Made by a program: the position numbers and the translations under genes
Shown here: positions 14,193 to 28,099 of the stretch, one piece after another
Layout: each line of letters begins with the position of its first letter
Numbering within the stretch: the stretch's first letter is position 1
The notes under the pieces: generated by a model
Told to the model about the DNA's origin: nothing
The model's database searches: none
What the model saw: only the letters and a program-made list of their open reading frames with translations
Assembly: GCF_001194135.2 (NCBI RefSeq)
Contig: NC_068994.1
Coordinates: 29,482,016 to 29,546,015 of the forward strand
Length of the DNA stretch: 64,000 bases
Direction: 5' to 3'
Origin: Octopus bimaculoides
Taxonomy: Eukaryota

Positions 14193-15459
14193 CATACATT
14201 CTCTGAGAAACTTTCCCTCATAGACACATATTACAAGCTCACTATTTCTTCCATCTTTATGTTTTGAGTTCAACTTCTGCTGAGGTCAACTTTGTCTTTC
14301 CTCTTTTCATGGTTAACAGAAGTACCAATTGAGCACTTACCACCACACCTGAAATTGTTGAACCTGTGCAAAAATTTGAAGCCAATATTACAAGCACACT
14401 AGAAATATGATGTTCTCAATCACACACAGCTTCAGATTGAAAGTATCTAAAATGTGAACAACTTTTTTAAAAAATTGTGTGGCATTTTTATTTAAATTTA
14501 TTCTAATAACTAACACACATACATACTTGCTTTTCACTTGTAGTATCAGTTGAGTCCTTCAAAATCAAAGAGAACTGCTTATTAGTAAGGGTAAACCAAC
14601 AGTATTTTCTTAAGTGCTGTGCATTTATATTATGCAAGTTCAAATCAGTTGCTATTGACGATGAAGTAAATCTTTTATAAATGATGCTACAAATACTCTC
14701 ATGAAAAACTACAAACAGCCAGAGCAGCTGATTGTAGTCCTCACCAAAGTACAATAGAGATGAATTGATCTTTCGAGTGATTCACTGTTCAGTATAGCTT
14801 AGGATAACTATCACCAAAGTTAATGGTGTCAATGGGAGCAACAGTAAAACTGGGAAAATTTCAGCAGCTGTTAACTATAGACAATTTGGAGAGCAAGAGA
14901 AAGGTTTAAGATTCAAGGTTAGTTTTTATAACTTTATTGAACTATCAACATTATTGTAAAGGTACAGAATATGGTATTGCTACAGGTTCTCAATCTGCAG
15001 AAATAGCAACCAAATCACATCCTACTATCCTAGAAGGATGACACATTTGATGAGTAAATCTTCAATAGACAAAAATTGCGATGCTCAGAATTGGAACACC
15101 TTTGATTATAGATCTACTCAATCAATGTTGAACATTGATTAATGAACAACAATAACAAACAAGATGATACAGTGGACTCCAAAAGATCATGCAATAAAGG
15201 TGGTAAACTATTGAGATGTTCAAAGTTTTGTTGACTAACTAGCAACTAATCATTAAGATTGCCAAGTTCTGCTGACAAACTAGTATCACAGTATTGAAAT
15301 CTATGAGTCATTCAATCAAACATTAAGACTGTTGTCATTAAAACCAAGTTACTGGTATGCTCTATCTCAGGTGTATCAAAATACAGGCGTTGGTATCTAG
15401 GATTGTGTAAGTTATGTATAGAGACAATATTTTGTTATAACTAGTAGTGAATCAGTTTT

Positions 15460-15880
15460 CTTATCTGGAAAGTATCCATGCTCAATATGTAGAAAAAGAA
15501 CAGGTAGGAATACCATACAGTGTACACAAAGTCAACTATGTGTGCACAAGAGGTTAGTGGGAGCATAGGGAGATTAATGTAAACAAAAGATTTCTACATA
15601 GTAGATACACAGGAATAGTTAAAAGTAGGAGCAACATTGAAATAAATTTTTTTTAATGCTTAGAAGCCTCCGTATATGTAGGCAATAGCTTCTCTTATCT
15701 AAATGACAAAATTAGAAGTGGAAATGGGTGTAGCAGATGAATAGTACCCAGAGTAAGAAGAGGACTGTTCCCTCTGTTGGCAACAAAGGATTTTTCTATC
15801 ATAATGAAGAAGGGTAAATTGTGGTACTTATATACAAAGTGTGATGCTACACAGTAGTGAAACAGGGTCACTGAGTAAAG
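15460..15880 (+). mobile_element. Degenerate RTE LINE fragment (Cys-rich insert and thumb)
   Basis: Homologous to 41450-41830 of the best RTE copy. Confidence 0.65.
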
Positions 15881-15914
15881 ACTGGAAAAATGTAAATTGG
15901 TTTCCACAATTTCG

Positions 15915-16090
15915 GGGGTGGGGTAAGTTGATTACTTTGACTCTGGTATTCAACTGGTACATATTTCATTGACCCTGGAAGGATGAAAGGTAAAGTTGAC
16001 CATGGCAGAATTTGAACTCAGAACATGAAGATGAATGAAATGCTGCTAAGCAATTTGTTCAGCATAACACTTGTGCCAGCTTGCCACCTT
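15915..16090 (-). mobile_element. SINE family B copy
   Basis: ggatgaaaggtaaagttgac...gaatttgaactcagaac...gctaagca...gccagc, same family as 60065-60265. Confidence 0.75.
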
Positions 16091-16559
16091 TGGAAGATGT
16101 AATATTACCATGACAGAGCAACTTAGATGTAGAGTGAAAGAGAGGCACTGAGCTGGCAAAGGCATAAAATGGGCATAGTTGACATTTGGAGAAAGAAATG
16201 CCAGATGTTCAAAAGAGGAAGGAACTCATGGAAAGTGAAAAGATGAACCAATCTCAAGATGCTAAATTTTACAAAGGAAATGGTGTACTCTGAAAAGTAG
16301 AGAGAAAGAATGCTAGAGAAAACTAGTTCAATTTATGGAAGTATGGAAAAATGAATTTTAAAATGGTGATGATAAAGACAAAAATTTGGTTTATTCAGAA
16401 AAAAATCATTGTAGAAAGTTTCCACAAATTTCATACCTAGAAGTTTTTACCGTTTAAGTTTTTCACTTATGGTTTATGAAACTGAGTCTCTGTAAAAAAA
16501 AAATTACAGACAAATAACAATGAATAGATCTTTTTTTTAATATATCTATGTATTTGTGG

Positions 16560-16790
16560 ATTACATGAGTAGAAGCTCAGAGAATGGTTTTTCAACATAT
16601 TTCACCCAAAGAACATTTTTCTCCAGTGTGTATTCAGTAGTGTATTACATGTGCAGACTTATTCCCCACATGTTTCACATTGTATCCAATGTCTACTCAT
16701 TTATCAATGACCTGTTTATAATTCACAAAGGATTTCCCAAATATTCAGATATAAAACCAATAGATTTCTTTTAAAAGCCATCATATCTAA
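16560..16790 (-). pseudogene. Highly decayed C2H2 finger relic
   Basis: Minus strand keeps an IHTGEK linker (plus strand ttctccagtgtgtattc) and CETCG, with stops and frameshifts. Confidence 0.5.
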
Positions 16791-17033
16791 ACATTAACAA
16801 CTATGCACAGTGGACAAATATTGAGTTGGTCTGTTGAAAATATTCTCTGTAAATAGAAGCAAAAAGAACAAAAGAAAAAAAACTGAGAAATAAAGATCCG
16901 TCAAATGAGAGTCTATGTGTAGACAAGAAGATGAGAAGAATTCAAATGGAATGATTTCTGACATATTTTATCATGTTTTTTAGTCTGTACTTGCTGGTGG
17001 GCAAAATGTTTAGACTTGCAAGATTAAATTTAA

Positions 17034-17254
17034 CCTGTTAGCATTCAGATTACTTTGTTAAATTTAATACTTATTAATTTGCATTGTTTTAAATTAATCA
17101 TGCAGTATCTTGTAACTTTGAGATTTTAAAGATGTGATTGTTTATCTTTTTAGAATGACATTGCAGTGGGGTGTGAGAGGCCAGATTTTGACAGTTTGAA
17201 CATAAAACAGGTAGAACATTTGGGCTGGATATGATCTGTTTAAATGCTAAAAGG
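17034..17254. mobile_element. TTAA-inserted MITE, piggyBac-like, 221 bp
   Basis: TTAA at 17030-17033 and 17255-17258; TIRs CCTGTTAGCATTCAGA and CCTTTTAGCATTTAAA (13/16 identical). Confidence 0.8.
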
Positions 17255-18578
17255 TTAAAGATTTATCTCCGGTATGTATTTGTTTGTGTCTTTTTAAGAT
17301 ACTGTTTGTGATAAATAGTTTACCACATATTGCACAGTGATAGTTTTTTTCTCCAGTGTGTATTCGTTCATGGTTTTTTAAATTACTGTTACTGACAAAG
17401 GATTTTTCACATATTTTACAGCAATATGGTTTTTCTCCAGTGTGAATTCGTTTGTGAACTACAAGACTAGAATTTTCTACGAAAGATTTTCCACAGATCT
17501 CACAGTGAAATGGTTTTTCTCCTGTATGTATTCTTTTGTGTTTTGTTAAATCACCATTACTAACAAAAGATTTGCCACACATTTCACAATGATAGGGTTT
17601 TTCTCCAGTGTGACTACGTTTGTGAATTGTCAATTTAGAATTCTCGGGGAAGGACTTCCCACAAATTTCACAGTGAAATGGTTGTTCTCCAGTGTGAATT
17701 GTTCTGTGTGTTTTTAAGTGACTGCTTTTCATAAATGATTTCCCACAAATTTCACAATGATATGGTTTTTCTCCAGTATGTCTACGTTTATGGAATATAA
17801 GACTAGACTTTTCAATGAAAGATTTCTCACATATTTCACAGTGAAACTGTTTTTCTCCAGTATGTATTCTTTTGTGCTTTGTTAAATTACTGTTAGAGAC
17901 AAAATATGTTCCACATATTTCACAGTGATAAGGCTTTTCTCCAGTGTGACTATGTTTGTGGATAACAAGACTAGAATTATTGACAAAAGATTTCCCGCAT
18001 ATTTCACAGCAATAAGGTTTTTCTCCAGTGTGGCTACGTTTGTGGATTTTCAGCTTAGAATTCTCAGAGAACGATTTCCCACACATTTCACAGTGAAACG
18101 GCTTCTCTCCAGTGTGTATCCTTTTATGTCTAGTTAAATTACTGTTATCGACAAAATGTTTTCCGCATATTTCACAATGATAGGGCTTTTCTCCAGTATG
18201 ACTCCGTTTGTGGATTGTAAGCTGAGAATTCTCGGAGAAAGATTTTCCACATATTTGACAGTGAAACGGTTTTTCTCCAGTATGCATTCTTTTGTGACTT
18301 GTTAAAATACTGTTATAGACAAAATATTTACCACATATATCACAGCGGAAGGGGTTTTCCCTGCCGTGTGTTTCTTTATGCGTTAAGACTTCATGTTCGG
18401 AAAAGAATGTTTTCTTACAAATCTCACAGTGATATTCAGGCATCTTTCTCTGTACTGAGTTTTGTTTAGTAAATGTTCCATTACATAAAGATTCTTCATC
18501 ACTATACATCTGTGTATCTGTATGTATATTGTTGAAAACCGGTTTATTAAAAGTGTCCAAGTAATTAACGTTCTCCAT
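17247..18578 (-). CDS. C2H2 zinc-finger protein with 14 tandem fingers, 443 aa
   Basis: Uninterrupted ORF with 14 Cx2Cx12Hx3H units and mostly TGEKP-type linkers; about 50-aa leader with no recognisable effector domain. Confidence 0.92.
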   Translation of the reverse strand: MENVNYLDTFNKPVFNNIHTDTQMYSDEESLCNGTFTKQNSVQRKMPEYHCEICKKTFFSEHEVLTHKETHGRENPFRCDICGKYFVYNSILTSHKRMHTGEKPFHCQICGKSFSENSQLTIHKRSHTGEKPYHCEICGKHFVDNSNLTRHKRIHTGEKPFHCEMCGKSFSENSKLKIHKRSHTGEKPYCCEICGKSFVNNSSLVIHKHSHTGEKPYHCEICGTYFVSNSNLTKHKRIHTGEKQFHCEICEKSFIEKSSLIFHKRRHTGEKPYHCEICGKSFMKSSHLKTHRTIHTGEQPFHCEICGKSFPENSKLTIHKRSHTGEKPYHCEMCGKSFVSNGDLTKHKRIHTGEKPFHCEICGKSFVENSSLVVHKRIHTGEKPYCCKICEKSFVSNSNLKNHERIHTGEKNYHCAICGKLFITNSILKRHKQIHTGDKSLTF

Positions 18579-18601
18579 ATTTCTCAGAGAATTCTTAAAA
18601 G

Positions 18602-19330
18602 CTGGGTGTCTGTTTACATGATCGGAAAATATTCAATCTAAATTACATTTTCTACTTACCATTAGAAGGCTTGATGCTGAATAGGTCTGATCCAGGTGGC
18701 CAACATTTTTGGAGATAAAAATAATTCTATATCTACGTAAATGTGATTATTATTAATGGATGCTATGTTAATTAAAAACTATATTCACCGTCCATAAATA
18801 ATTAGTGACAGGCGTTTTGATGCAATTGGCATTCTTCTACATTGGTTGTAATGGAAAGCACGGTCAGAAGTGTGAAATAAGGAAAACTACAACGGTTTAG
18901 GACAGATGTCGGAGAAACAAAAATGTGAGTGCGCGCAAGCGAGAGTACCAATAATGAATCTGGACCGTTCACCCCCAATAATTGAAAAATGTATAGAGTG
19001 TTGTAATAACAATCTAAATAATATTGGATTTCAATGTGAAAACCATTTGAAAAATGAAAATGGGACGTTAACTGCTTATTGGTGTATAATTAAAATCAAA
19101 ATGGGATCAAACAAGTCATGATATAGGATACATTGAAACGAAATGAAATGCAAGTTATGGAACAGAGATCTTAATAGATGTCTGGCGGTGTAAATTATAC
19201 AGAAACGTTAAATGTTTACATTAGCAAGAAATAAGTGTTTCAAATGTTATTAAATTAAATTAAGCTACAAAGACGGCGGTGTCATTGACAATTTTCTACT
19301 GCCTGAACGACTCCGGTGCAACAAATTATG
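18602..19330 (-). promoter_or_regulatory. Candidate first exon and promoter of the 14-finger gene
   Basis: Minus-strand GTAAGT donor at 18659 and CCCAG acceptor at 18602 define a possible 58-nt 5'UTR intron; CpG is visibly retained upstream. Confidence 0.35.
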
Positions 19331-21029
19331 AAGTCCCTCGTTTAATTTATACATCCAGAAAATTTATTTCAAACTGTTCTTTCATTTGTATCCAATCAAT
19401 GGGTAACTCATATCATCACAATAATATAATTACCATGTATCATGATTATTTATTGCTCACAAGGGGCCAACAAAGAGGGGACAATACAACACATTTGGGG
19501 ACACTGAACAAATGAAAAAAAAAACGTAAGGTACAATGGTAATGAAAAAATGAAAAATGAAAGTGACGCTACCTGCCCCACCAAGTAACATCACTTACTA
19601 TTTTTTTTCTTTGTATTTCATTATTTCAAGTCCATAGTTTTCTTTAAGTTCCTCAGACTCTATATCCTTAGGTAATCTTCCCTTTTCATATTCTTCCTTC
19701 CAAACATCATAATTTCCTTTGTGTTTTTTTTTCCAATCTCATTTTTTTTTTTTTTGGTCTTCTGTTATTTGAAGGCATGAATGGCTCCCGTAAACACTTT
19801 CATCCTCCACTCTAACCATCACTGTATTTTCCCATCCCATCACCTGTTTAACCAGTTCATCGTTTGCTTCCTCGAAAACCACACACGCATAACAACCAGT
19901 GGGAGGGGAAGTTTGTGGATTCCTGTATGTTATTGTTTTACAATAATATAATTACTTTGTATCGACGAAACAGCATTTACGTGCTTACTTAACCAACAAC
20001 AAATAGCAACCAAAACTTCCCCAAATCATACTCTACTATCTTAAAAATAAGACAGCAAAATTAAACAGCACCGTCTTGTTTTATTCTTAATTCACAAGGA
20101 ATAGTTCATGAAAATGTTTGTGAACTTACCCATTCACCTTGCAATCCTTGATCCAACTTCACTTACATACACCTTATATAACTTGAGAATACCCTCTTCC
20201 CCATCATCTCATCTTCTCTCTCCTGTCTCACTGAGGTAGCCATGTATCTTCTTTACAAGATGCCCATTTCTACCCTTCTACTCATGTGCTAACCTTTCAT
20301 TTGCCCGCAATACTACCTAGCTGAACTGGGGCTACATAACAAAAACAGTTCATAGAAGAGAGAAATGTTATTCCTGTAATATCTGTGTGATGGTATCTTC
20401 TGATAAATTCATTCAATTGCAAATAAACTGCAAAAGTTCTGGCATAAAAACCTACCTAATGAGAGACCATAGGAAACTGGCAGAGAATATTGAGATCAAT
20501 CAAGGAAGTTATTGTGCTTATCGTTACTAAAAACAGAATTTACTGGAGTGTTACAAAAACCTTGTGTCTCAAGTTGTGAACTTATAAATATCTTTTTCAC
20601 CAGTGTTTAAATATAGAAACAAATTAAGTAAGTCAACTAGAAAATACCATTGCACACATATTACAGGAATAAAATGTCTTTCTTCTATGAACTGTTTGCT
20701 ATTTAACCCCAGGTCTGCACTGAGTGAATAGACTTAAGTTCAAAGTCTGATCATCCTGAGATTCTTTTTTTAATGCAACCATCCTTCACTTAAAATCAGA
20801 AGCTGCTGGCTTTAAGTCTGTCCTCTTTGGGGTGGGTCTGTGTAACTTCATCTGAAAGAAATATTAGATGTTTTGTGTTGTGGTTGTAAAGATCTTACCT
20901 GAATTATTACTATGTGAATGCTGTCTGTCATAAACAGCATTTAATTCTTTAAACATCTTTTTTATTTCACATTTATTTTTGAAAGTAAAGTGTTCAGATT
21001 TTTTAAAAATGTATTCTGTGTACGAGTTA

Positions 21030-22190
21030 TGAAAGTCCACTGAAAAGTTCATGCGGCCAAATGAGGTTTATTTTTCCATATAGTTCTGCCTTGCAGTCCA
21101 CACACTTCTTCCATCAGTGTTGCAATGCTTAGATCCTATTGGTGAAAAAGCTTTCATGTTGTTGCTCAAAAAAATCATCATCACTGTGCTACTGGTTCCC
21201 AGCCAAGTGTTTTTTCATGCTGGGGAACAAATGATAGTCAAATGGTGCCAAATCAGGAGAATAGGGAGGATGATCAACCAGTTCAAAGCCACAGCAGCCA
21301 TTGAAAGCAATGATTTGTGTGCTGGAGTATTGTCCTGATGAAACAAGACATCTTTCGTCAGTTTTCCTAGGTGTTTGGTCTTGATAGCCTTTCATAACTA
21401 CCAGAGCAAGTTGGCATACTACTCTTCATTGATAGTGTGGTACTTTTGAAGATAGTCAATAAACACAATGCCCTTTGCAGCTCAAAAACTGAGGCCATTA
21501 CCTTACCTGCAGATGAAATGACTTTGGCCTTCTTTGGAGAAGGTGAGGAGGAGCGTTTCCACTGCATGGATTGTCTCTGGCTCAAAATGATGAACTAAGC
21601 ACTCATCCTGGGTGAGGAAACCAGCTGCATCTGCCTCAAACAATGTCAAATTTTCTCATGATCTGATCAGCTTGGTACACTTCTGATCAGATGTCAGAAG
21701 ACATGGGTGCCATGTCTTCTGACACCTGATCATGATGCAGAATATTCTCAACTCTCTCACAGGATATGCTAAGAGCATTGGCTATTTGATTTATAGTCAA
21801 TTTATGGTGAACACGATCAATGTTTTCCTTGGTGGTGGCAGTTGCAGGACGTTCAAACCTTGGGTCATCTTCAAGACTCTCCCTTCCGTTCCTAAATTTG
21901 GCAGCCTACTTTTGCACTGATACATCTCCCTAATGCATCAACCATTTCAGGAAGAATGTCATTGGGGGGGGGGGGGTTAACCTTTTTTCTGCATGATGCC
22001 TAATTTTGTCCATTTTCGAGAGAAGTCACTACTAGTTACTTTTGAAGTCTTCTTTGAAGAGTCAGATGTCAGTTTACCTGGAAAGACACAATGCAGTTAT
22101 TAATAAGGGTTGAAAATAATGCATGCAAGATTTCATAGTTTTAGCATCACTCCTTCATAGACAGCCATTGAACTTTTCAGCCCATCTGCA
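21030..22190 (-). mobile_element. Mariner transposon relic
   Basis: GFELVDHPPYSPDLAPFDYHLFPSMKKHLAG and QSMQWKRSSSPSPKKAK...KVMASVF; degenerate inverted ends ctgaaaagttca and tgaacttttcag. Confidence 0.8.
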
Positions 22191-22240
22191 TGTGTTGAAA
22201 AGGTAATATTTTGTTTTTATTGCTGTTTAAATCTCATGTA

Positions 22241-22447
22241 CAAGGGAATGCTGAAAAGTTCTTGGCTCTAAGGCCTAGTTGGAGGCCCAACCTTCCAAGT
22301 TCTTTTACATGGCTTAGAAAAACTGAAGGACTGCTGCAATAAGTGTGTGAATCTAAAAGGAGAATATGTTGTATTAAATTATAATTAACTCATCTTCCTG
22401 TATTTCTTTTTTTTACCCAAAGCCAGGGACTTTTCAACACCCCCTCA
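22241..22447 (+). mobile_element. Mariner-derived MITE, 207 bp
   Basis: TA flanks at 22239-40 and 22448-49; about 27-bp imperfect TIRs; the interior keeps the transposase C-terminal remnant KCVNLKGEYV. Confidence 0.85.
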
Positions 22448-23497
22448 TAATTGTGTAGAGTTTTTCTAAATGATGATGGTGGAGTGGATTTAAGTGTTTT
22501 TGTAACCAATTTCTAATAGGTTTTACAACTTGTTAGAACATGAGTTAGAACATGAAGTAAATATATCAGAATGATAAATCCATGTCATTCTATCATCATT
22601 CAGGTTGCGACCATCTTCCCCTCATTTCTGACATATATTTAGAATTAACCCATTTTGATGATGGTAGGGTAGAATTTAAAGGATATTTGACCCCAAATTT
22701 GGCTGGCCAAGCAACCATATGTTGTCTTCCTCACTGGCCCATGGTATATGCTATTGTAGATACTGGGTACTATATTGATTGTCACATCCTAAATATATGG
22801 GATGTTTGGAATTTTCTATTGCTTTTTTTTTGTGTCTGATGGAAGGAAGGTTGAAAATCATGGTCCGTGGGAAATTTTCATTTTGTGTGAATTTTTTATG
22901 GCAAGTTTTGCTAAATGCCTCTTGAAGAAGGCTTTTACTTGGCATTGGAGTGTGGGTATGTCATTTAAAGTTGTGAGATGATGTGGCAGAGACTTGTTAG
23001 ACCTGCAGCTGAATACTACATTGTGTTCTCGTGTCTGGGATACAAATTTCTAGTTTTCTGAGGTTTTTAGGAACTTCTTGTTTTAGGTGCAGTACGGTTG
23101 AATGGTTAAGAAGCTCACTTTGTAACGACAAGGTCTTGTGCTCAATCCCACTGTATCGCATCTTGGGCAAACACCGTTTTCAATAACTTCAAGTCAAGCC
23201 AAGCCTTGTGGCTGAAATTGGGTAATGTGAAAGTGTGTAATAGACTGTTGGGTGGTTTCTACCTGTATTTCAAAAAGTACAGCCTTATCACACACTTTGT
23301 CACAGTGATTCTTTTTGAAAATTACATTTAGGGTACATATGTCTGGAATCCTCAACCACTTACATGTTAATTCAAGAGCAGGTAACTCAGCTGATCAACA
23401 AACTGAATCCTCATCATTGAATAATGGAGATTTACCATTTTCTTTGTTATTTCCCTTTACCATTAAAAAATGAAAGTTATAGCGACATATATGATAC

Positions 23498-23853
23498 TTT
23501 TTATCTTTTACTTGGTTTCAGTCGTTAGACTGCGGCCAAGCTAGGGCACTGCCTTGTAGAATTTTAGTTGAATAAATCGACCCCAGTACTTATTATTTTT
23601 GTAAAGCTTGTTAATTACTCTATTGTTCTCTTTTGCGAAACTGCTAACTTATGAGGATGTAAACAGACCAACACCTGTTGTCAAGCAGTGGTGGGGGGCA
23701 AACGGACACACACACACACATATATATATACGATGGGCTTCTTTCAGTTTCTGTCAACCAAATCCACTCACAAGGTAAGTGGAAGACACTTACCCAAGGT
23801 GTCACACAGTGGAAATGAACCCAGAACCAAACTTCTTACCACACAGCCATGCC
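23498..23853 (-). mobile_element. SINE family A copy
   Basis: Reverse complement runs from the head (ggctgtgtggtaagaag) to the tail (gactgaaaccaagtaaaaga). A separate plus-strand head lies at about 23095-23260. Confidence 0.8.
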
Positions 23854-24184
23854 ATAGATTACAAAAAGATGAAATTTTCATGGTTGGAGCAATTCTAATC
23901 ATAGGGCTGTCTGCTCAATCAGGGGACCTGGGGTTAAACAACAACGACAAACCAGGCGACCACAGGGACTATGGGATAAAGGCAATATACTACTAAGATA
24001 TTCAACGCTTTGTTGACCAACTAACAACAGATCATTGACCTCTTCTACAAGTTAACTAATAAAACAATATGACCACTCACTAAGTGCAAGGTTCCAACGA
24101 CTACAACAGGTGTATCAAGATGTAGGAGCCATGTAAGTTGTGTATAGAGACAGGTTTTATGAAATCATCCTTTCTACTTTTAGC

Positions 24185-24660
24185 ACAAGACCAGAGTTGA
24201 TTACATCAACCCCAGTACTTGACTGGTACTTATTTCATTGGTCCCCAAAAGGATGAAAGGCTAAGTTGATCTTGGTGGAATTCGAACTCAGAACGTAAAG
24301 ACGGGTGAAATTCTGCTAAGCATTTTGTCTGGCATGCTAACAATTCTGCCAGCTCACCATCTTATATGTTATTAGAAAATATCTTGGTAGTGTTTTCAGC
24401 AGTGAAAGATAATTTTGATGGTTTAGACAGTGATATCCAAAAATATTTAGCATAATAGTTTCAAAGTTTTAGCCCAAGGCCAGCAATTTTGGTGGTGGGG
24501 TTAAGTTGATTACATTAACCCTAGTGCTTAACTGATATTTATTTTATCAGCCCTGAAACGATGAAACGGCAGAATTTGAGCTCAGAATGTAAAGATGGAT
24601 GAAACACTGCTAAGCATTTTGCTTGGCGTACAAATGATTCTGACAGCTTGCTGCCCTAAC
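24185..24660 (-). mobile_element. Two SINE family B copies (about 24185-24362 and 24480-24660)
   Basis: Each has accccagtact...ggatgaaa...gaatttgaactcagaa...gctaagca. Confidence 0.75.
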
Positions 24661-24666
24661 AATATA

Positions 24667-25542
<876 letters not shown>

Positions 25543-25826
25543 TATAACATATTGTGATAAGATTTAAGTATAAAATTTATAACATTTTTAAGTTACATAT
25601 AAAGCTAAATATTTTGTTAGAAATTTCAGTGACAAGATTTTACATGAATTTGGTTTTATTTTATTTTTTTTACTTTATTTGTAGAGAATATTTTGAATAG
25701 ACCAATGCATTAATATTTGTCCACTGTACATATTGGCTTATGGTTAATAAGATTAAGTTTTAAATATTCCACAAATTTCAAAGCTCTTAATGTTGCTTAT
25801 CATGATCAGTGAAGTTGCATACTGTG

Positions 25827-26990
25827 GACAGGGCCATTAGACTAAAGAAACAGGCTTGGAAGGCCTGGAAAAGTGGGGGTAGCAGGAGAATGTATCAGAC
25901 AGCCAAAAGGGAAGCTAGGAGACAGGTATATATGGCCAAGGGAGTAGCAGAAAAGAAGTTTGCCAATGTTCAGTGATATGAGAACCAAAGAATTGAAGTA
26001 TTCCGGATTGCAAGACAGTGTGTGAGAGAAAACTATGATGTCATTGGAAGGAAATGTGTCCGCATGGACGATGGTGCCCTTGCATTTAATGATTCTGCAA
26101 AGAAAGAGATTTGGAGATGCCATTATGAAAGACTGCTGAATATAGAGAATGAATGGGAAGAGGAGAGTCTGCCAAAGGTTGACCCAATTGAGGGATGAGC
26201 TACCCGAATTGACAGTACCCTGGTAGATAAAGCAATTAAGGATATAAAGACAAGGAAAGCACCTGGCCCATCAGGAATCACTGCTGGGATGCTTAAAATA
26301 TCGAGCAGTGTGGGATATGGTCTTGTCATCTGCATCATAAATCAGGTAATTCCTGAAAGAGTCATACCCAATGATTGGTGTAGCAGCACCATAGTCAACT
26401 GCTACAAGTGGAAAGGTGAAATAACTACAGGGGTATCAAATTATTGGATCAGGGGATGAAAATTACAGAGAGGGTCATAGCCCAACTAATTAGGGAGAGA
26501 GTTAGCCTAGATAAGATGCAGTTTGGTTTTGTGCCAGGCAGAAGCACCATTGATGCTATATTTCTGGTAAGGCAACTGCAGGAGAAATACCTAGCCAAAG
26601 ATAAACCTCTGTACTTGGCTTTTGTTGACTTGAAGAAAGCCTTTGACAAGCCCCCTCCCCCCGATCCCTTATCTGATGGTCAATGTAGAAACTGGGGATA
26701 GACAAGTGGTTAGAAAGAGCTGTACAAGCCCTAAGGTGAGGATTGGCAACATGTATAGTGAAGAATTTTAAGTAGGAGTTCACCAATGATCAGTCCTCAG
26801 CCCTCTATTATTCATTATAGTCCTCCAGGCAGTAACAGAGGAATTCAAGACAGGCTGCCCCTGGGAGCTCCTCTATGCTGATGACCTTGCTCCAATAGCC
26901 AAGTCACTGCCAGAACTACAAAGTTTAGGGTGTGGAAGCAAGGTCTAGAATCGAAGGGCCTTAGGGTTAACCTAGCAAAAACATCAGTAG
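25827..26990 (+). mobile_element. RTE LINE reverse-transcriptase fragment
   Basis: MQFGFVPGRSTIDAIFLVRQLQEKYLAKDKPLYLAFVDLKKAFD and GCPWELLYADDL, with stops and frameshifts. Confidence 0.9.
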
Positions 26991-28099
26991 CCCCGCAAAT
27001 TTTAAAGAAACCCTCTGCGATAAAACAGCAACAGACAAGATCCGGTTGAAACGTAAGATTCCCAGCAAAGTATGTTCAAGTTTGTTACATTTGAGTTGAT
27101 TTTTTTCTTTCTTAACTATTGAACTGCCGCATTCAGTACAAACAAAACAACTCAGTGTGAAGAATATTTTTTTTATAAACGATTTCTTCACAAGCTTTGC
27201 CAACAATCACAAACCAAGAAACTATTTGGCATAAGAAAACTTTTGTTACATAATGTACAAGAAACTTTTTTTTTTTATTGTGCAAATCACCGGACAAAAA
27301 TTATCTTTCTACTTTACACCAATGTACTTCTGCATGCAACCTTGCAAAATACTGTTGATATTTTTGTGATTTTCATAATTGTCATGNNNNNNNNNNAAAA
27401 AGTTTTGACTAGCAGCAATTAACATAATTTAAAAATGAACAAAAAGAATGAATTCATGTGAGCCAATGGTATGGATTCTGATAAACTAAAGGATGTGAAC
27501 CGAATGATTTGCTTACAGACAATTAGATTTCCCTTAAAATATGTTAATTTTTGTGTAATTATTAGTAAGTCATGAAATTACCTCCCCCCTTTTTTTTATT
27601 GGAATCACGATTTTTTTTTTCAACTTTAGGCAATCTACAACTTAAGAAAATCCAAGTTGAGAATTATTTGCAAAAGTCATTTAGTCCATCATCCTTTATT
27701 TATTTTATAACTCCAGTGAACAACCAATATAACTGTACAGATCCAAGACATAGTATTTCTATGTTGTCTTTCAGTCTGTTAAAAATAAGTCAAGATTCAA
27801 AAGAGACCATGGAATAAAGGCAACAGACCATTGAGATCTTCAGTGGTTTTTTGACAAACTAGCAACACAATAATGAAATAGCTCCACAACTAATTAATCA
27901 ATGAAACATAACCACTGTCACTAAAACCAAATTACCTGTCAGGTGTATCAAGTTGAGGGAGTTACAATTTTGAGACTTTTGTTTATGTATAAAAACAGTT
28001 TTAGTTAAATATTTGGTTACAAATATGCTTTCTATAGTAAATTAATTTTGAAGAATATAATTTCAGCTATATCATCCACATAGTCATAGCTCAGTTAAT

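Noticed and set aside
17925-18137. Plus-strand ORF inside the 14-finger gene; likewise 55142-55578
   Set aside because: Antisense shadows of ZNF coding sequence.
19340-19960. Possible L1/Tx1 3' remnant on the minus strand
   Set aside because: No diagnostic motif could be read with confidence.
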